A DNA stretch of 64,000 nucleotides from Heptranchias perlo (lineage: Eukaryota), in contig NW_027139453.1 of assembly GCF_035084215.1 (NCBI RefSeq), forward strand, positions 8,866,001 to 8,930,000, in the 5' to 3' direction. Numbering within the stretch: the stretch's first letter is position 1; each line of letters opens with the position of its first letter. The position numbers and the translations under genes are program-made. The notes beneath the pieces were generated by a model. It ran no database searches. It had not been told where the DNA came from and worked only from the letters and a program-made list of their open reading frames with translations. This document shows, in pieces, positions 1 through 10,679 of the stretch.

Positions 1-1035
1 TCTTATTTACTGTATCAAAACCCTTCATGACTTTGAACACCTCTATCAAATCTCCCCTTAACCTTCTCTGCTTATGGATAACAACCCCAGTTTATAAAAG
101 ACTTTGGGTTTCCTTTTATTTTACCCACTGAACTCTTCTCATACACTGTCTTTGCCCCTCTTATTTCCTTTCTCAGTTGTCCCCTGTACTTTTTGTATTC
201 AGCTTGTTTCTCGACTGAATTATCAACCGAACGTTTTCTATCCATTTTTATCTCTATATCTTCAGTCATCCGGTGAGCTCTAGCTTTCAGTGCCTTTCTT
301 TTCCCCGCCGTGGGAGTGTGTCTAGTCTGTACACGAACTATCTCTTCTTTGAATGTGTAACATTGCTTCATTACTGTTTTACCTTTTGGTTTCTTTACTT
401 GTCCCATTGCCACCCCACTTTTGCTTTGCACAATCGTTCTTTTTGTCATTTAATCACTCCTGCCCTCCACCATATCAACCTTTTCTTCTTTCCTCCCCTT
501 CCCCATTGCCTCCACCGCCCCCACCCCCGCCTTTTTTTCCCTGGCTCTACACTGACTAAAAGAATGTTAAATATCCAACTTATTTCAGTTCTGGTGAAAG
601 GTCCCCGGCCTCAAACGTTAACTTTGTTTCTCTCTCCACAGAAGCTGCCTGACCTGCTCAGTGTTTCCGGCATTTTCCGCTCTTATTTTAGATTTGCAGC
701 ATCTGCAGTATATAGATTTTGTTATGAAACATATTATGATTTGTTAACTCCCATTTTTGGGAAGAACAATTATATCCATTTGTGTACTAGAATAACCTGC
801 AACTGTTTAATTTGCCCTCCATGAAAATTAACATCTTTCTCTGTATATTTTATATTAAAGTCACCAGTTATTATTTTGCAGTGAAGCCCGATTTTAATAC
901 TCATTCGTTTGCCCAACTGAAATGTCTATTTTAGAAACAAGGCGGAATGATCCATTGTTCTGTGCAATTTTCGGTTGCAAATCGGAAACTATAAACAGCC
1001 AAAGCTACAATCGTTTTTTAAACGCTTCAAATCAC

Positions 1036-1088
1036 CCAACACTGTCAGTTTCGCCCCGTCACCAAAGAAATAATCGTAGCCTTCAGAA
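1036..1088 (-). CDS. TRBJ: TCR beta J segment J8 (SEGYDYFFGDGAKLTVL)
   Basis: FGxG motif; phase-1 donor GTGAT (1031-1035); 12-RSS CACTTTG 1089-1095 / 12 nt / AGCAAAACT 1108-1116. Confidence 0.9.
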
Positions 1089-1391
1089 CACTTTGTTTTA
1101 ACCCAGCAGCAAAACTAATCTGACCAATAAAGGTGCGGGGTATTGGGGGATTATAAAGGTCATGTTTGCTTGTCCACAACAAGCTACAATTGAGAAATTG
1201 CCCATTTTTAACCACGTTACCTTGCATACAATTCAAGAATTAGTCATGACCCTTCTCTCTCTCTCTCTCTAGCCTGGTAGCGTCCATATTTTAAATCATT
1301 GAAAAAACAGTCTTTCAGCAACCTTAAAGCACTTTCCTCCGAATCTTGACAACATAGATTTTCAGAGTTGACCCAACATTTCTCAACTCAC

Positions 1392-1441
1392 CTGTCACCC
1401 TCAATTTGGTGCCACTTCCGAAGTAATATTGTTATCCAGAA
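1392..1441 (-). CDS. TRBJ: TCR beta J segment J7 (SG*QYYFGSGTKLRVT), germline in-frame stop in the 5' part
   Basis: FGSG motif; donor GTGAG 1387-1391; RSS CACAGTG 1442-1448 / 12 / ATCAAAACC 1461-1469; TAA at 1432-1434. Confidence 0.92.
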
Positions 1442-2459
1442 CACAGTGCGAGACTCTTGTATCAAAACCTCCTGAGGCAAAATTGGGTTTTTGCCCTTTA
1501 TTACAATTGGCCCCATATTCATGTTATCTGCTTTCTTTAATTTATACATTATCAACTCTACATTTCTAGTTTGCGAACAAACTCAAAGAATCATAAAATG
1601 ATACAGAATAGAAGGACGCCCATCGTGCCTGTGCCCTGCTCTTTGAAAGAGTTCTCCAATTAATCCCACTCCCTTGCTCTTTCCCCGTTGCATCTGAAAA
1701 TTTATCCACTTCCAGTATTTATCCAATTCCGTTTTGAAAGTTACTATTGAATCTATTTCCACCGCCCTTTCAGGCAGCGCATTGCAGATCAGAACAACTC
1801 GCTGAATTAACAACAAAATCGCCTCATCTCGCCTCTGGTTCTTTTGCTAATTATCTTAAATCTGTGTCCTCTGGTTACCAAACCTTTTGCATAGAAACAG
1901 TTTCGCCTTACTTACACTATCCAAATCTTCACGATTTTGAACACCTCTATTAAATCAACCCCTTAACCTTCTCTGCTCTATGGAGACAAGCCCAGTTTCT
2001 CCAGTCTCTCCACATAACTGAAGTCCCTCATCCCTGGCACCATTCTAGTAAATCTTCTCTGCACTTTCTCCAAGATCTTGATACCCTTTGCGAAGTGTGG
2101 TGGCCAGAATGGGACGCTACACTGCAGCTGGGGTAATTTATAAAGGTTTTCCTTGTTCAATTCCTTATAAATCCTTAATCTTTGAATGTTCTTTTCATCT
2201 TTATCAAATTTTCATTGCAAACCCCTTGACTCTTTATCGTTCTAGCTCAGTCACCTCATCAACTCGCGTTAAACATTAGGTACAGGATTAGATCATTCAG
2301 CCTCTGATATAATTGATAGTTATCACAAGGCGATTCCCACAGGCACAATGGGTCAGCAATTTTGTTTTCGGAAATATTTGATATTCCATATCGGGTTCAG
2401 AAGCAATCGATGGAATCGAAGCATGAATAAGATTATGGTTACACTCATGTGTTCGTATA

Positions 2460-4370
2460 CAGTGGAGTTCCCAGGGGTCAGTATTAAGACCACTGCTGTT
2501 TTTGACATTTATATTAACGACCTGGACTTAGGTATAGAGGGTATAATTTCAAAGTTTGCAGATGACACGAAACGCGGAAATGTAGTAAACAATGTTACGG
2601 ACTTCAGGAGGACAGAGGAAGCTGGTGAAATGATCAGACACATGGCAGAGGGAATTTAATGCAGAGAAGGGACTAAAGGTAATGCATGCAAGTTTGCTGA
2701 TGACACAAAGCTAGGTTGGAAAGTAAGCTTTGAGTAGGACACAAAGAGTCTGGAAGGGGATATGGACAGGTTAAGTGAATGGGCAAGAATATGGCAGATT
2801 GAGTATAACGTGGGCAAATGTGAGGTTATTCACCTTGGTAGGAAGAATAGAAAAACAGAATATTTTTTAAATGGTGCGAAATTATTGAATGTTGATGTTT
2901 AGAGGGATTTGGGTGTCATCCTGGACGAAACACGGAAAGTTTACATGCAGGCACAGCAAACAATTAGGGAGGCAAATGGTATGTTACCCTTTATTGCAAG
3001 GGTTTCGGAGTACAAGAGTATGGAGGTTTTGCTGCAACTGAACAGGATTTGGTGAGACAACACATGGAGTACTGCGTACAGTTTTGGTCTCCCTATCTAA
3101 GGAAGGATATACTTGCCTTAGAGGCGGTGCAGCGAAGGTTCAGTAGATTAATTCCGGGAATGAGAGGGTTGTCCTATGAGGAGAGATTGAGTAAAATTGA
3201 CCGATACTCTTTGGAGTTTAGAAGAATGAGAGGTGATCTCGTTGAAATACATAAGATTTTGAGAGGGCTTGACAGAGTAGGTGCTGCGAGATTGTTTCCC
3301 CTAGCTGGAGAGTCTAGAACTATTGGGCCTAGTCTGAGGATCAGGGGTCAGCCATTTCGGACTGAGATGAGGAGAAATTTCTTCACTCAGAGGATTGTGA
3401 ATCTTTAGAATTGTCTACCCAGAGGTCTGTGGATGCTGAGTCGTTGATTATGTTCAAGACTGATATCGATAGATTTTTGAACTCGAGTGGAATCAAGAGA
3501 TTTGGGGATTGGGCAGGAAATTGTTCAGGCCGAAGATCAGCCATGGACTGTTTGAATAGCGGTGCAGTGTCGACGGAACGTATGGCCTACTCGTGCTCCT
3601 ATTTCTTATGTTCGTATGCTCTTAGAAGTGTGAAGGGATAAGTTTTGGTAGGAAGAATGAGGAGAGGCAATAAAAAGTACATGGTACAATTTTAAAGTGG
3701 GTGCAGGAATTGAGAGATCTGAGGGTGGATAATGCTTCGAAGGTGGTAGGACAAGTTGATAAGGTTGTTAAAAAGGCATATGCGATCCTTGGCTTTATTA
3801 ATAGAGGCATGGAGTACACAAGCAAGGAAGTTATACTAAACCTTTAGAAAACACTGGTTAGGCCTCAGCTAGAGTATTGTATTCAATTCACGGCACCGCA
3901 CTTTTGGAAAGATGTCAAGACCTTAGAGAGGGTGCACACGAGATTTACGATAACTGTGCCAGGGATGAGGGGCTTCGGTTATGGGGAGAGACTCGGGAAG
4001 CTGGGATTGTTCTCCTTAGAACAGAGAAGGTTAAGTGGAGGCTTGAAAGAGGTGTTCAATATCATGAACGGTTTTGACAGAGTAAAGAAGTAGAAACTGT
4101 TTCCAGTGGCAGAAGGGTCGGGAGACAGAGGTCACAGGTTTGATGTAAGAGCCAGAGGCGATATATGATGATCTGGAAAGGGCGGTGGAAGCAGATTCAA
4201 TAATAACTTTCGAAAGGTTAATTAGATAAATACTTGAAGGGGGAAAATGTTAAAGGGCGACGGGGAAAGAGCAGAGGAATTGAACTAATTGGATAGCTCT
4301 TCCAAAAAGCTGGCACAGGCATTATGGGCCGAATGCCCTCCTCTTGCGCTGTACCTACTATGATATTATA
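2460..4370 (+). mobile_element. Degenerate CR1 LINE RT/3' fragments (at least two)
   Basis: [15 protein letters not shown] and RRMRGDL motifs in ORFs 2348..2659 and 3049..3408; CR1-type tails. Confidence 0.85.
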
Positions 4371-4512
4371 TATCAGGCCCATGGCGCTGTATCTAGGTTG
4401 ATAGCATGGCCATTTTCAATTTCAATGAAACAATACTCTCTCAGCTCTCATGACGTGAATCTCTCTGACACCACTTTAATATGACGAGCCAAAATGGTTC
4501 CATATCACTTAC

Positions 4513-4564
4513 CGACAACAACGAGTTTTGAGCCATGGCCAAATATATAATCGTTATTTCCTGA
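4513..4564 (-). CDS. TRBJ: TCR beta J segment J6 (SGNNDYIFGHGSKLVVV)
   Basis: FGHG motif; donor GTAAG 4508-4512; RSS CACACCG 4565-4571 / 12 / AATAAAACT 4584-4592. Confidence 0.88.
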
Positions 4565-5001
4565 CACACCGTTACACAGTCGTAATAAAACTAGTGACTC
4601 CTCAATTCTCCACACAACTGCCAGTAAGCACAGTTGGATCACTTTGGGTAGAGCTAAATTCATTTCCCCTCCCTGTCGCTCTCCATCTCTTTCTGTTATA
4701 CTTTTTCTCCTCGTCTCTGCCTCTTTCCTCCTGCCTTTCTCTCAGTTCCCAATTCTGTGCCGTTCTTTCTGTATTTCTCTCTCCCCCAGTCTCTCTCTAT
4801 ACCTGGTTGCCTCTTCCTCTCTGCCTATCGCTCCCCTCAAACTAACTTTTCTCCTACGTTTACTTGTTTTAATTTGTGCTTCTTTATTACAACTCGTCTT
4901 TCCTCTACATTTCATATTCTCTCCACTTTCAAACTCGTCGACACAATCAGTGCCCAGCCACCAGCAGTTAATTGATATATTTTGATCAACATCTCATTTA
5001 C

Positions 5002-5059
5002 CCAAGACGGTTAACTTAATGCCGTCTCCAAAAAATGGAAGACGAGTTGTTCCTGCTCC
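5002..5059 (-). CDS. TRBJ: TCR beta J segment J5 (GAGTTRLPFFGDGIKLTVL)
   Basis: FGDG motif; donor GTAAA 4997-5001; weak RSS CACATCA 5060-5066 / 12 / AAAAAATAT 5079-5087. Confidence 0.82.
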
Positions 5060-5189
5060 CACATCATAATCTCCCATCAAAAAATATTCTTGAATGGTGT
5101 TGCAGCATTTTGGACCGCCCCACTTACTTATATCTGATATTGGCCCGTAGCTAATACGAACTAACTAGAACAACAAAAACTTGCATTTA

Positions 5190-5730
5190 TACATAAGGAG
5201 ATATTAGGACAGGTGACCAAAACTTGGTCAAAGAGGTAGGTTTTTAGGAGCGACTGAAACGAGGAGAGGCAGAGAGACGGAAAGGTTTAGGGAGGGAATT
5301 CCAGAGCTTAGGACCGAGGCAGCTGAAGGCATGGCCGCCAATAGTGGAGCGATTAAAATCGGGGATGTGCAAGAGGCCAGAATTGGAGGAGCACCGAGAT
5401 CTCGGAGGGTTTTTGTGATGGAGGAGGTTACAGAGATAGGGAGGGGCGAGGCCATGGAGGGATTTGAGATTAAGGATGAACATTTTAAAATCGAGGCTTT
5501 CCCGGACTGGGCGCCAATGTCGGTCAGCGAGCATCGCGGGTGATGGGAGAAAGGAACTTTGTGAGAGTTAGAATACGGGCAGCTGAGTTTTGGGTGAGCT
5601 CATGTTTCTGGAGCGTGGAAAATGGGAGGCCGGTCAGGGGACCATTGCAGTTGAGGAGTCCAGAGGTAAGAAAGGCACAGATGAGGGTTTCAGCAGCCGA
5701 TGAGCTGAGGCAGAAGCGGAGGCCATAGTT
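5190..5730 (-). mobile_element. L2-type LINE 3' fragment (related copies ~8760-8960, 34200-35100, 43950-44075, 51550-51950)
   Basis: FKMFILNLKSLHGLAPPYLCNLL...AFSCLGPKLWNSLP, typical of the L2 ORF2 C-terminus. Confidence 0.75.
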
Positions 5731-7188
5731 AATATAAACTTATAAACTAACCAGGATGTTTGGAATTAAAACTGACATCCCCAATACTTCCTGTACAGTT
5801 AACTACTTAATCCTCTTACTGTTCCCAGAACTCTTATCAGGACGGAGTTAAAACCTTTGACCTATCTCGAACTTGTGCACCCGGCGTGTTTAGATCAGCC
5901 ATGATCTCAATGAATGGCAGAGCAGGCTCGAAGGGCCTAATGGCCTACTCCTGCTCCAATCTCTTATGTTCTTATGTGTTCTTAGGTAGCTCTTCAACTG
6001 ATAACAACTGACAACATAGGAACAGGAGCAGGCCATTCAGCCCCTTGAGCCAGTTCCACCATTCAAAATGTTATGGCCGATCTATTTCTCAACTCAATCT
6101 ACTCGCCTTGGTTCTGTAACGTTAATGCCCCAGCCTAAGAAAAAATATCAATCTCAGTTTTGAAACTTTCAATTGACCCACAGCCTCAACAACTTTTTGT
6201 GGGAGAGAGTTCCAAATTTCCACTCCCCTTTGTGTGAAGAAGTGCTTCCTGACATCAACCCTGAACGGCCGAGCTCTAATTTTAAGAGTATGCCCCCTTG
6301 TTCTGGACTCCCCCCACCAGAGAAAATACTTTCTCTCCGCCTACCTGATCAAATCCTCATGGAGGATACATAGAGTTATGTACAATGTACACTACAGAAA
6401 CAGGCCATTCGGCCCAACTGGTCTATGCCGGTATTTATGCTCCACACGAGCCTCCTCACATGCCTCTTCATCTCACGCTATCAGCATAACCTTCTATTCC
6501 TTTCTCCCTCATTTGTTTATCTAGCTTCCCCTCAAATGCATCATTTCTGTTCGCATCAACTACACTCTGTATTAGCGAGTTCCACATACTTACCATTTTT
6601 CTGAGTAACGAAATTTCTCCTGAATTCCCTATTGGATTTATTACTGACTATCTTATATTTAAGGCCTGTAGTTCAAGTCTCCCCACAAGTGGAAATGTCT
6701 TCTCCACATCGATCCGGTCAAACCCTTTATAATCTTAAAGACCTCTATCAGGTGACCCCTCAGCCTTCTCTTTTCTAAAGAAGAGAAATCCAGCCTGTTC
6801 AGCCTTTCCCGACAGTTATATCCCCTCAGTGCTGGAATCATCCTTGTAAATCTTTTTTGAACCTTCTCCTGTGCCTCTATATCCTTTCTCATAATATGGA
6901 GACCAGAACAGTGCACAGAAAAATGGACTCTCATCTTTTTTAATTCTATAGCCGTGTCCTCGTTTTGTGATCAAGTTGAATACTTCTGTTTGCATCTCCG
7001 CTGATCTGAGTATTTTAGTAAAACTCCTCTCTGTTCGCTTTCAAACTCCTTTCCTACAGTGAAAATTAATTCGGCTCTCCAAATCTCGCTTCGGAAGCTA
7101 AAGTGTTACAATCAACTTAATTCGTTCCTATATTTGCAAATTCGTGAATTGAGCCAACGTTTCTACCATTAGACATATTTTCGCTTAC

Positions 7189-7237
7189 CTAACACGACCA
7201 GCCTCGTCCCATCTCCGAAGTAAGCTTCATTGTTGTA
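7189..7237 (-). CDS. TRBJ: TCR beta J segment J4 (YNNEAYFGDGTRLVVL)
   Basis: Typical TRBJ EAYFG motif; donor GTAAG 7184-7188; RSS CACAGCA 7238-7244 / 12 / AAGAAAACC 7257-7265. Confidence 0.93.
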
Positions 7238-7930
7238 CACAGCAGTATGGGGCAGTAAGAAAACCCCCTCTGCAATCTCGATCGCTCGATCTATTCTAGT
7301 GGTGTTTCAGACGGTTTTGACTTTGGCAATGTCCCGTAAAGGTTATTGGAACATAAGAACTTTGGAACATCGCGATAAAGCGACATAGGGAAATATGATC
7401 AGGAGAAGACCATTCAGCCCCTCGAGCTTGTTCCACTATTCAACTAGATCATGACTCATCAGCATCTTAACTCCATTTACTCGCCTTGGTCCATTAAGAC
7501 CCTCGAACAGCAACATTCTATCAATGTCAGTTTTGAAATTTTCAATCGGCCAACAGCATCAAGAGTTTTTTTTGGGGGGAGAGAGCTCCAGATTTCAACT
7601 AACGTTTGTGTGAAGAAATGTTTTTTGCCATCACCCATGAACGACCCAGCTCTAATTTTAAGGTTATGCCCTCTTGATCTGGACTCCCCACCAGAGGAAA
7701 TAACTTCCCCCTATCAATCTTATGAAATCCTTTAACCATCTTAAACACCTCAATTAGATCCCCTTAATCTTTTATACTGGAGGGAATACAAGACTAGTCT
7801 GTTCAACCTGTCCGCGTAATATAACCCTTTTATATTGCAAATACAGAAACATTACCCCAACCAACCGTTGAACATTGTTTATACATATATTCTGAACGAG
7901 AGAAGAAACAGAAAAACACAGTTACCTTAC

Positions 7931-7978
7931 CCAAAATAGCCAACTTGGTCCCGTCGCCGAAGTAAAGTGTGTTCCCTG
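7931..7978 (-). CDS. TRBJ: TCR beta J segment J3 (GNTLYFGDGTKLAIL), non-canonical RSS
   Basis: FGDG motif; donor GTAAG 7926-7930; heptamer CGCAATG 7979-7985 lacks the invariant CAC; poor nonamer TCATGAACA 7998-8006. Confidence 0.85.
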
Positions 7979-8175
7979 CGCAATGCTCAATTCTTAGTCA
8001 TGAACAGGCCCGGGATTTCCCCATTCTAACTGAAAGCGTCGGGGGCTCTTACAGGCAAATAGTAACGAAGCATGTCTCGTATAGAACAGGTTTTGTAAAA
8101 CTAAACATTTTAATCATCAGTAAACAATTTATCTACCGTTTGGGAGAGAGATTAGAGACATGATAATTGACTCAC

Positions 8176-8223
8176 CCAGAACTGTTAATCTGGTGCCTTC
8201 TCCGAAGTAATACACGTCTGTAG
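8176..8223 (-). CDS. TRBJ: TCR beta J segment J2 (TDVYYFGEGTRLTVL)
   Basis: FGEG motif (also in ORF 8129..8329); donor GTGAG 8171-8175; RSS CACAGTG 8224-8230 / 12 / CTCAAAATA 8243-8251. Confidence 0.93.
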
Positions 8224-8269
8224 CACAGTGATACCCCACCGTCTCAAAATAGTTAGGTCTGGGTTCCAG

Positions 8270-8650
8270 TCTAATCTGTACCATCCCATTCCAATCTGAA
8301 TTATCTCGTTCTAATCTGCACCATCCCATTCCAATCTGAATTATCTCGTTCTAATCTGTACCATCCCATTCTAATCTGTATAATCCCATTGCAATCTACA
8401 GATTCCATGTATGATTCAATTATAATCTGCATGGAACCCATTCCAATCTACAGGGAACCCTTTCTAATCTGTATCATCCCATTCTAATCTGAATTATCCC
8501 ATTGTGATCTGTGTAATCCCATTCCAATCTATAGATTCCATGTATGATTCAATTATAATCTGCATGGAACCCATTCCAATCTGCAGGGAACCCTTTCCAA
8601 TCTGTATCATCCCATTCTAATCTATAGATTCTAGGCTAATCTGTATGAGT
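8270..8650. repeat. Minisatellite of ~20-bp subunits (TCTAATCTGTACCATCCCAT-like) between J1 and J2
   Basis: Visible tandem periodicity. Confidence 0.85.
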
Positions 8651-9020
8651 TCATTTATAAACTCATCTTCGGTTAAGTTAAGTCTGTGTTCAGACCACGC
8701 TAGATTTCCCATGTTGCATTCAACCAGTTGTGTGTACCACCTCCAACTTTACTGAGTTTACATACATCTTAAGGGAGAAGAGAGAGGTAGAGAGGCGGAG
8801 AGGTTTAGGGGGGAAATTCCAGAGCTTTGGGTCTAGGAAGCTGAAGGCACGGCCGCCAATGATGGTGCGATGTGAATGGGAGGATGGACAAGAGGCCAGA
8901 ATTGGAGGAGCACGGAGATCTCGGAGGGTTGTAGGGCTGGAGAAGGTTACAGAGATGGGCAACAACGTTAGAATTCATACAGCTGGACAGGAATTTTTGT
9001 TAAAACTGCCGTTTTCTTAC

Positions 9021-9068
9021 CTAATACCGATAGTGCGGTGCCTGTTCCGAAGTAGGGAGTGGTCCCAG
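9021..9068 (-). CDS. TRBJ: TCR beta J segment J1 (GTTPYFGTGTALSVL)
   Basis: FGTG motif; donor GTAAG 9016-9020; weak RSS CACGTCA 9069-9075 / 12 / ACATCAATA 9088-9096. Confidence 0.85.
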   Translation of the reverse strand: MGPLPTSEQAPHYRY

Positions 9069-9518
9069 CACGTCACGAAATCCTCTTACATCAATAGCGT
9101 CGGCAAGAAACAGCTAAAAGTGGGTGTCTAAGCATTTCACCACCTCAGGGCGTCCCAAACCACTTGACAGCAAATTAAGCAATATTTTGAAATGTAGTCA
9201 CCATTGCAACGTTGGAAATACGACAGCCAATTTGCTGCACGTACTGTACTATGGCAATGACCAGATCGTCTGTTTTTTTTGTGAGGTTTGCTGAGGTGTA
9301 AATATTGGCGTTCACGGAGCATATTAAAGGTTCGTTTCTTTTAATGATACAAAACGGTTAGGTTTTCCATAAAAGAGCCCTGGGTTATATGGGTGGATTA
9401 TTCTAATGCACCTTTTAAAAGTAAATGTCCCAGCTCTCACAGTGATACAGGTGTGAAGCTCACGCTTTTAGCGTGTCCCCAGCGCCCTTGCTGATCTTTC
9501 GAGTCTCGTGTCGACGTA

Positions 9519-9557
9519 GGTTTTTGTGCGGGGGTTGCATTGGATTCTATCACCGTG
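9519..9557 (-). promoter_or_regulatory. D 3' 23-RSS
   Basis: Minus strand CACGGTG + 23 nt + ACAAAAACC (consensus nonamer). Confidence 0.97.
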
Positions 9558-9569
9558 CCCCCCTGTCCC
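9558..9569 (-). CDS. TRBD: TCR beta D segment GGGACAGGGGGG, open in all 3 frames (GTGG / GQG / DRG)
   Basis: 11/12 identical to mammalian TRBD1 GGGACAGGGGGC; flanked by 5' 12-RSS and 3' 23-RSS, the TRB-type configuration. Confidence 0.97.
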
Positions 9570-9597
9570 CACGATGATACAAACTCCTACAAAAAAG
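9570..9597 (+). promoter_or_regulatory. D 5' 12-RSS
   Basis: CACGATG + ATACAAACTCCT (12 nt) + ACAAAAAAG. Confidence 0.96.
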
Positions 9598-9599
9598 AA

Positions 9600-9667
9600 A
9601 TATCAGATCGAAAGCAGCACCGCTCCGCCTCTCAACAGGCACTGGAGGATTCAGCTGGTGACGTCGC
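9600..9667 (-). promoter_or_regulatory. Candidate D-beta germline promoter
   Basis: GATA (TATCA 9601-9605), GC-box-like CTCCGCCT (9623-9630), E-box CAGCTG (9652-9657) and CRE-like TGACGTCG (9659-9666) immediately 5' of the D 12-RSS. Confidence 0.45.
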
Positions 9668-9784
9668 TTGAGATTGAGGTATTGGAGATTAGTTAGCATT
9701 CAGGAGCATAGGAACAGGCCATTCAGCCCCTCGAGCCTGTGACATGTGAACTGGAGTCGGCAATTCCGCCCCTTCGACCCTGTT

Positions 9785-10100
9785 CCATAGGAAAAGGAAG
9801 AGGCCATTCAGAACATCCAGTTTGTTACACGGGAAAAGGAGGAGGCCATTCAGAACCTCCAGTCTGTTGCACGGGAACGGGAGGAGGCCATTCAGAATCT
9901 CCAGTCTATTACACTGGAATCGGAGGAGGCCATTCAGAACCTCCAGTCTGTTACACGGGAGCAGGAGGAGGCCATTCAGAATCTCCAGTCTATTCCACGG
10001 GAATAGGAGGAGGCCATTCGGAACCTCCAGTCTGTTACACAGGAATACGAGTAGGTCATTCAGCCCCCTCGAGCCTCTTAGAGAGGAACAGGAGGAGGTC
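9785..10100. repeat. 42-bp minisatellite (~7 copies) just 5' of D
   Basis: GGAGGCCATTCAGAACCTCCAGTC recurs every 42 nt (9841, 9883, ...). Confidence 0.9.
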
Positions 10101-10679
10101 TTTCAGCCCTTCAAGTCTGCCAGGCTTTTTTCTTCTGTCACTTGAAAATGTCCCCACAATGTGCAGGACCTCGGGAAGTAACGGCACTGTCTCTCAAACA
10201 GACTACATTTTATACATAAATACAATAACTCTTGCACACTGTAATCTCCGAACCGATCTCTCAGAGCACCCTGTGTACCAGGTGCACGCTCGTCGGCCAG
10301 GTGTCGTGTTTAGATTTGTAACGCTATTATCTTTTCAGTTTATCTTTGTTCAAACCGCCGCACTTCCCCATACGTCTGCCCCAAACTAAAACGCCGAGAG
10401 ACCAAACGTTTAATTCTCTTCATATGGAACGTTATCTCCATCTGAATGAAGCTCCGGGTTATGGTCTAAACACGAAGTGTCTAACAACAAAAGCAGACGT
10501 TAAAAGAAGAAATGGGAAACCGGCGTTTGAATATTTTCAAAGAAAGGCGAATGTGCGTTCAGTTCAGTAAGTAGATTTATCTTTGTCCTTTTGCAAACAT
10601 GGTACAATGTTTAAATCAATTGTTGCTTTCAAATGTTCCCCGGACGCAACAGAGTTATGAGCAATTATGTCATTCTTGT

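Noticed and set aside
1-1030. TRBC exon 1
   Set aside because: No C1-set Ig domain found; the region is CR1/Penelope relics and unique intron, so C must lie outside the window
10146-10182. Possible second D: minus strand CATTGTG-GGGACA matches the start of mammalian D-beta1 with its heptamer
   Set aside because: No nonamer at 12 or 23 nt and no 3' heptamer; at most a relic or chance match
9739-10389. 216-aa ORF with GGGHSEPPVCYTG repeats; CRISPR-like appearance of the arrays
   Set aside because: 42-bp tandem repeat with no unique spacers, in eukaryotic context
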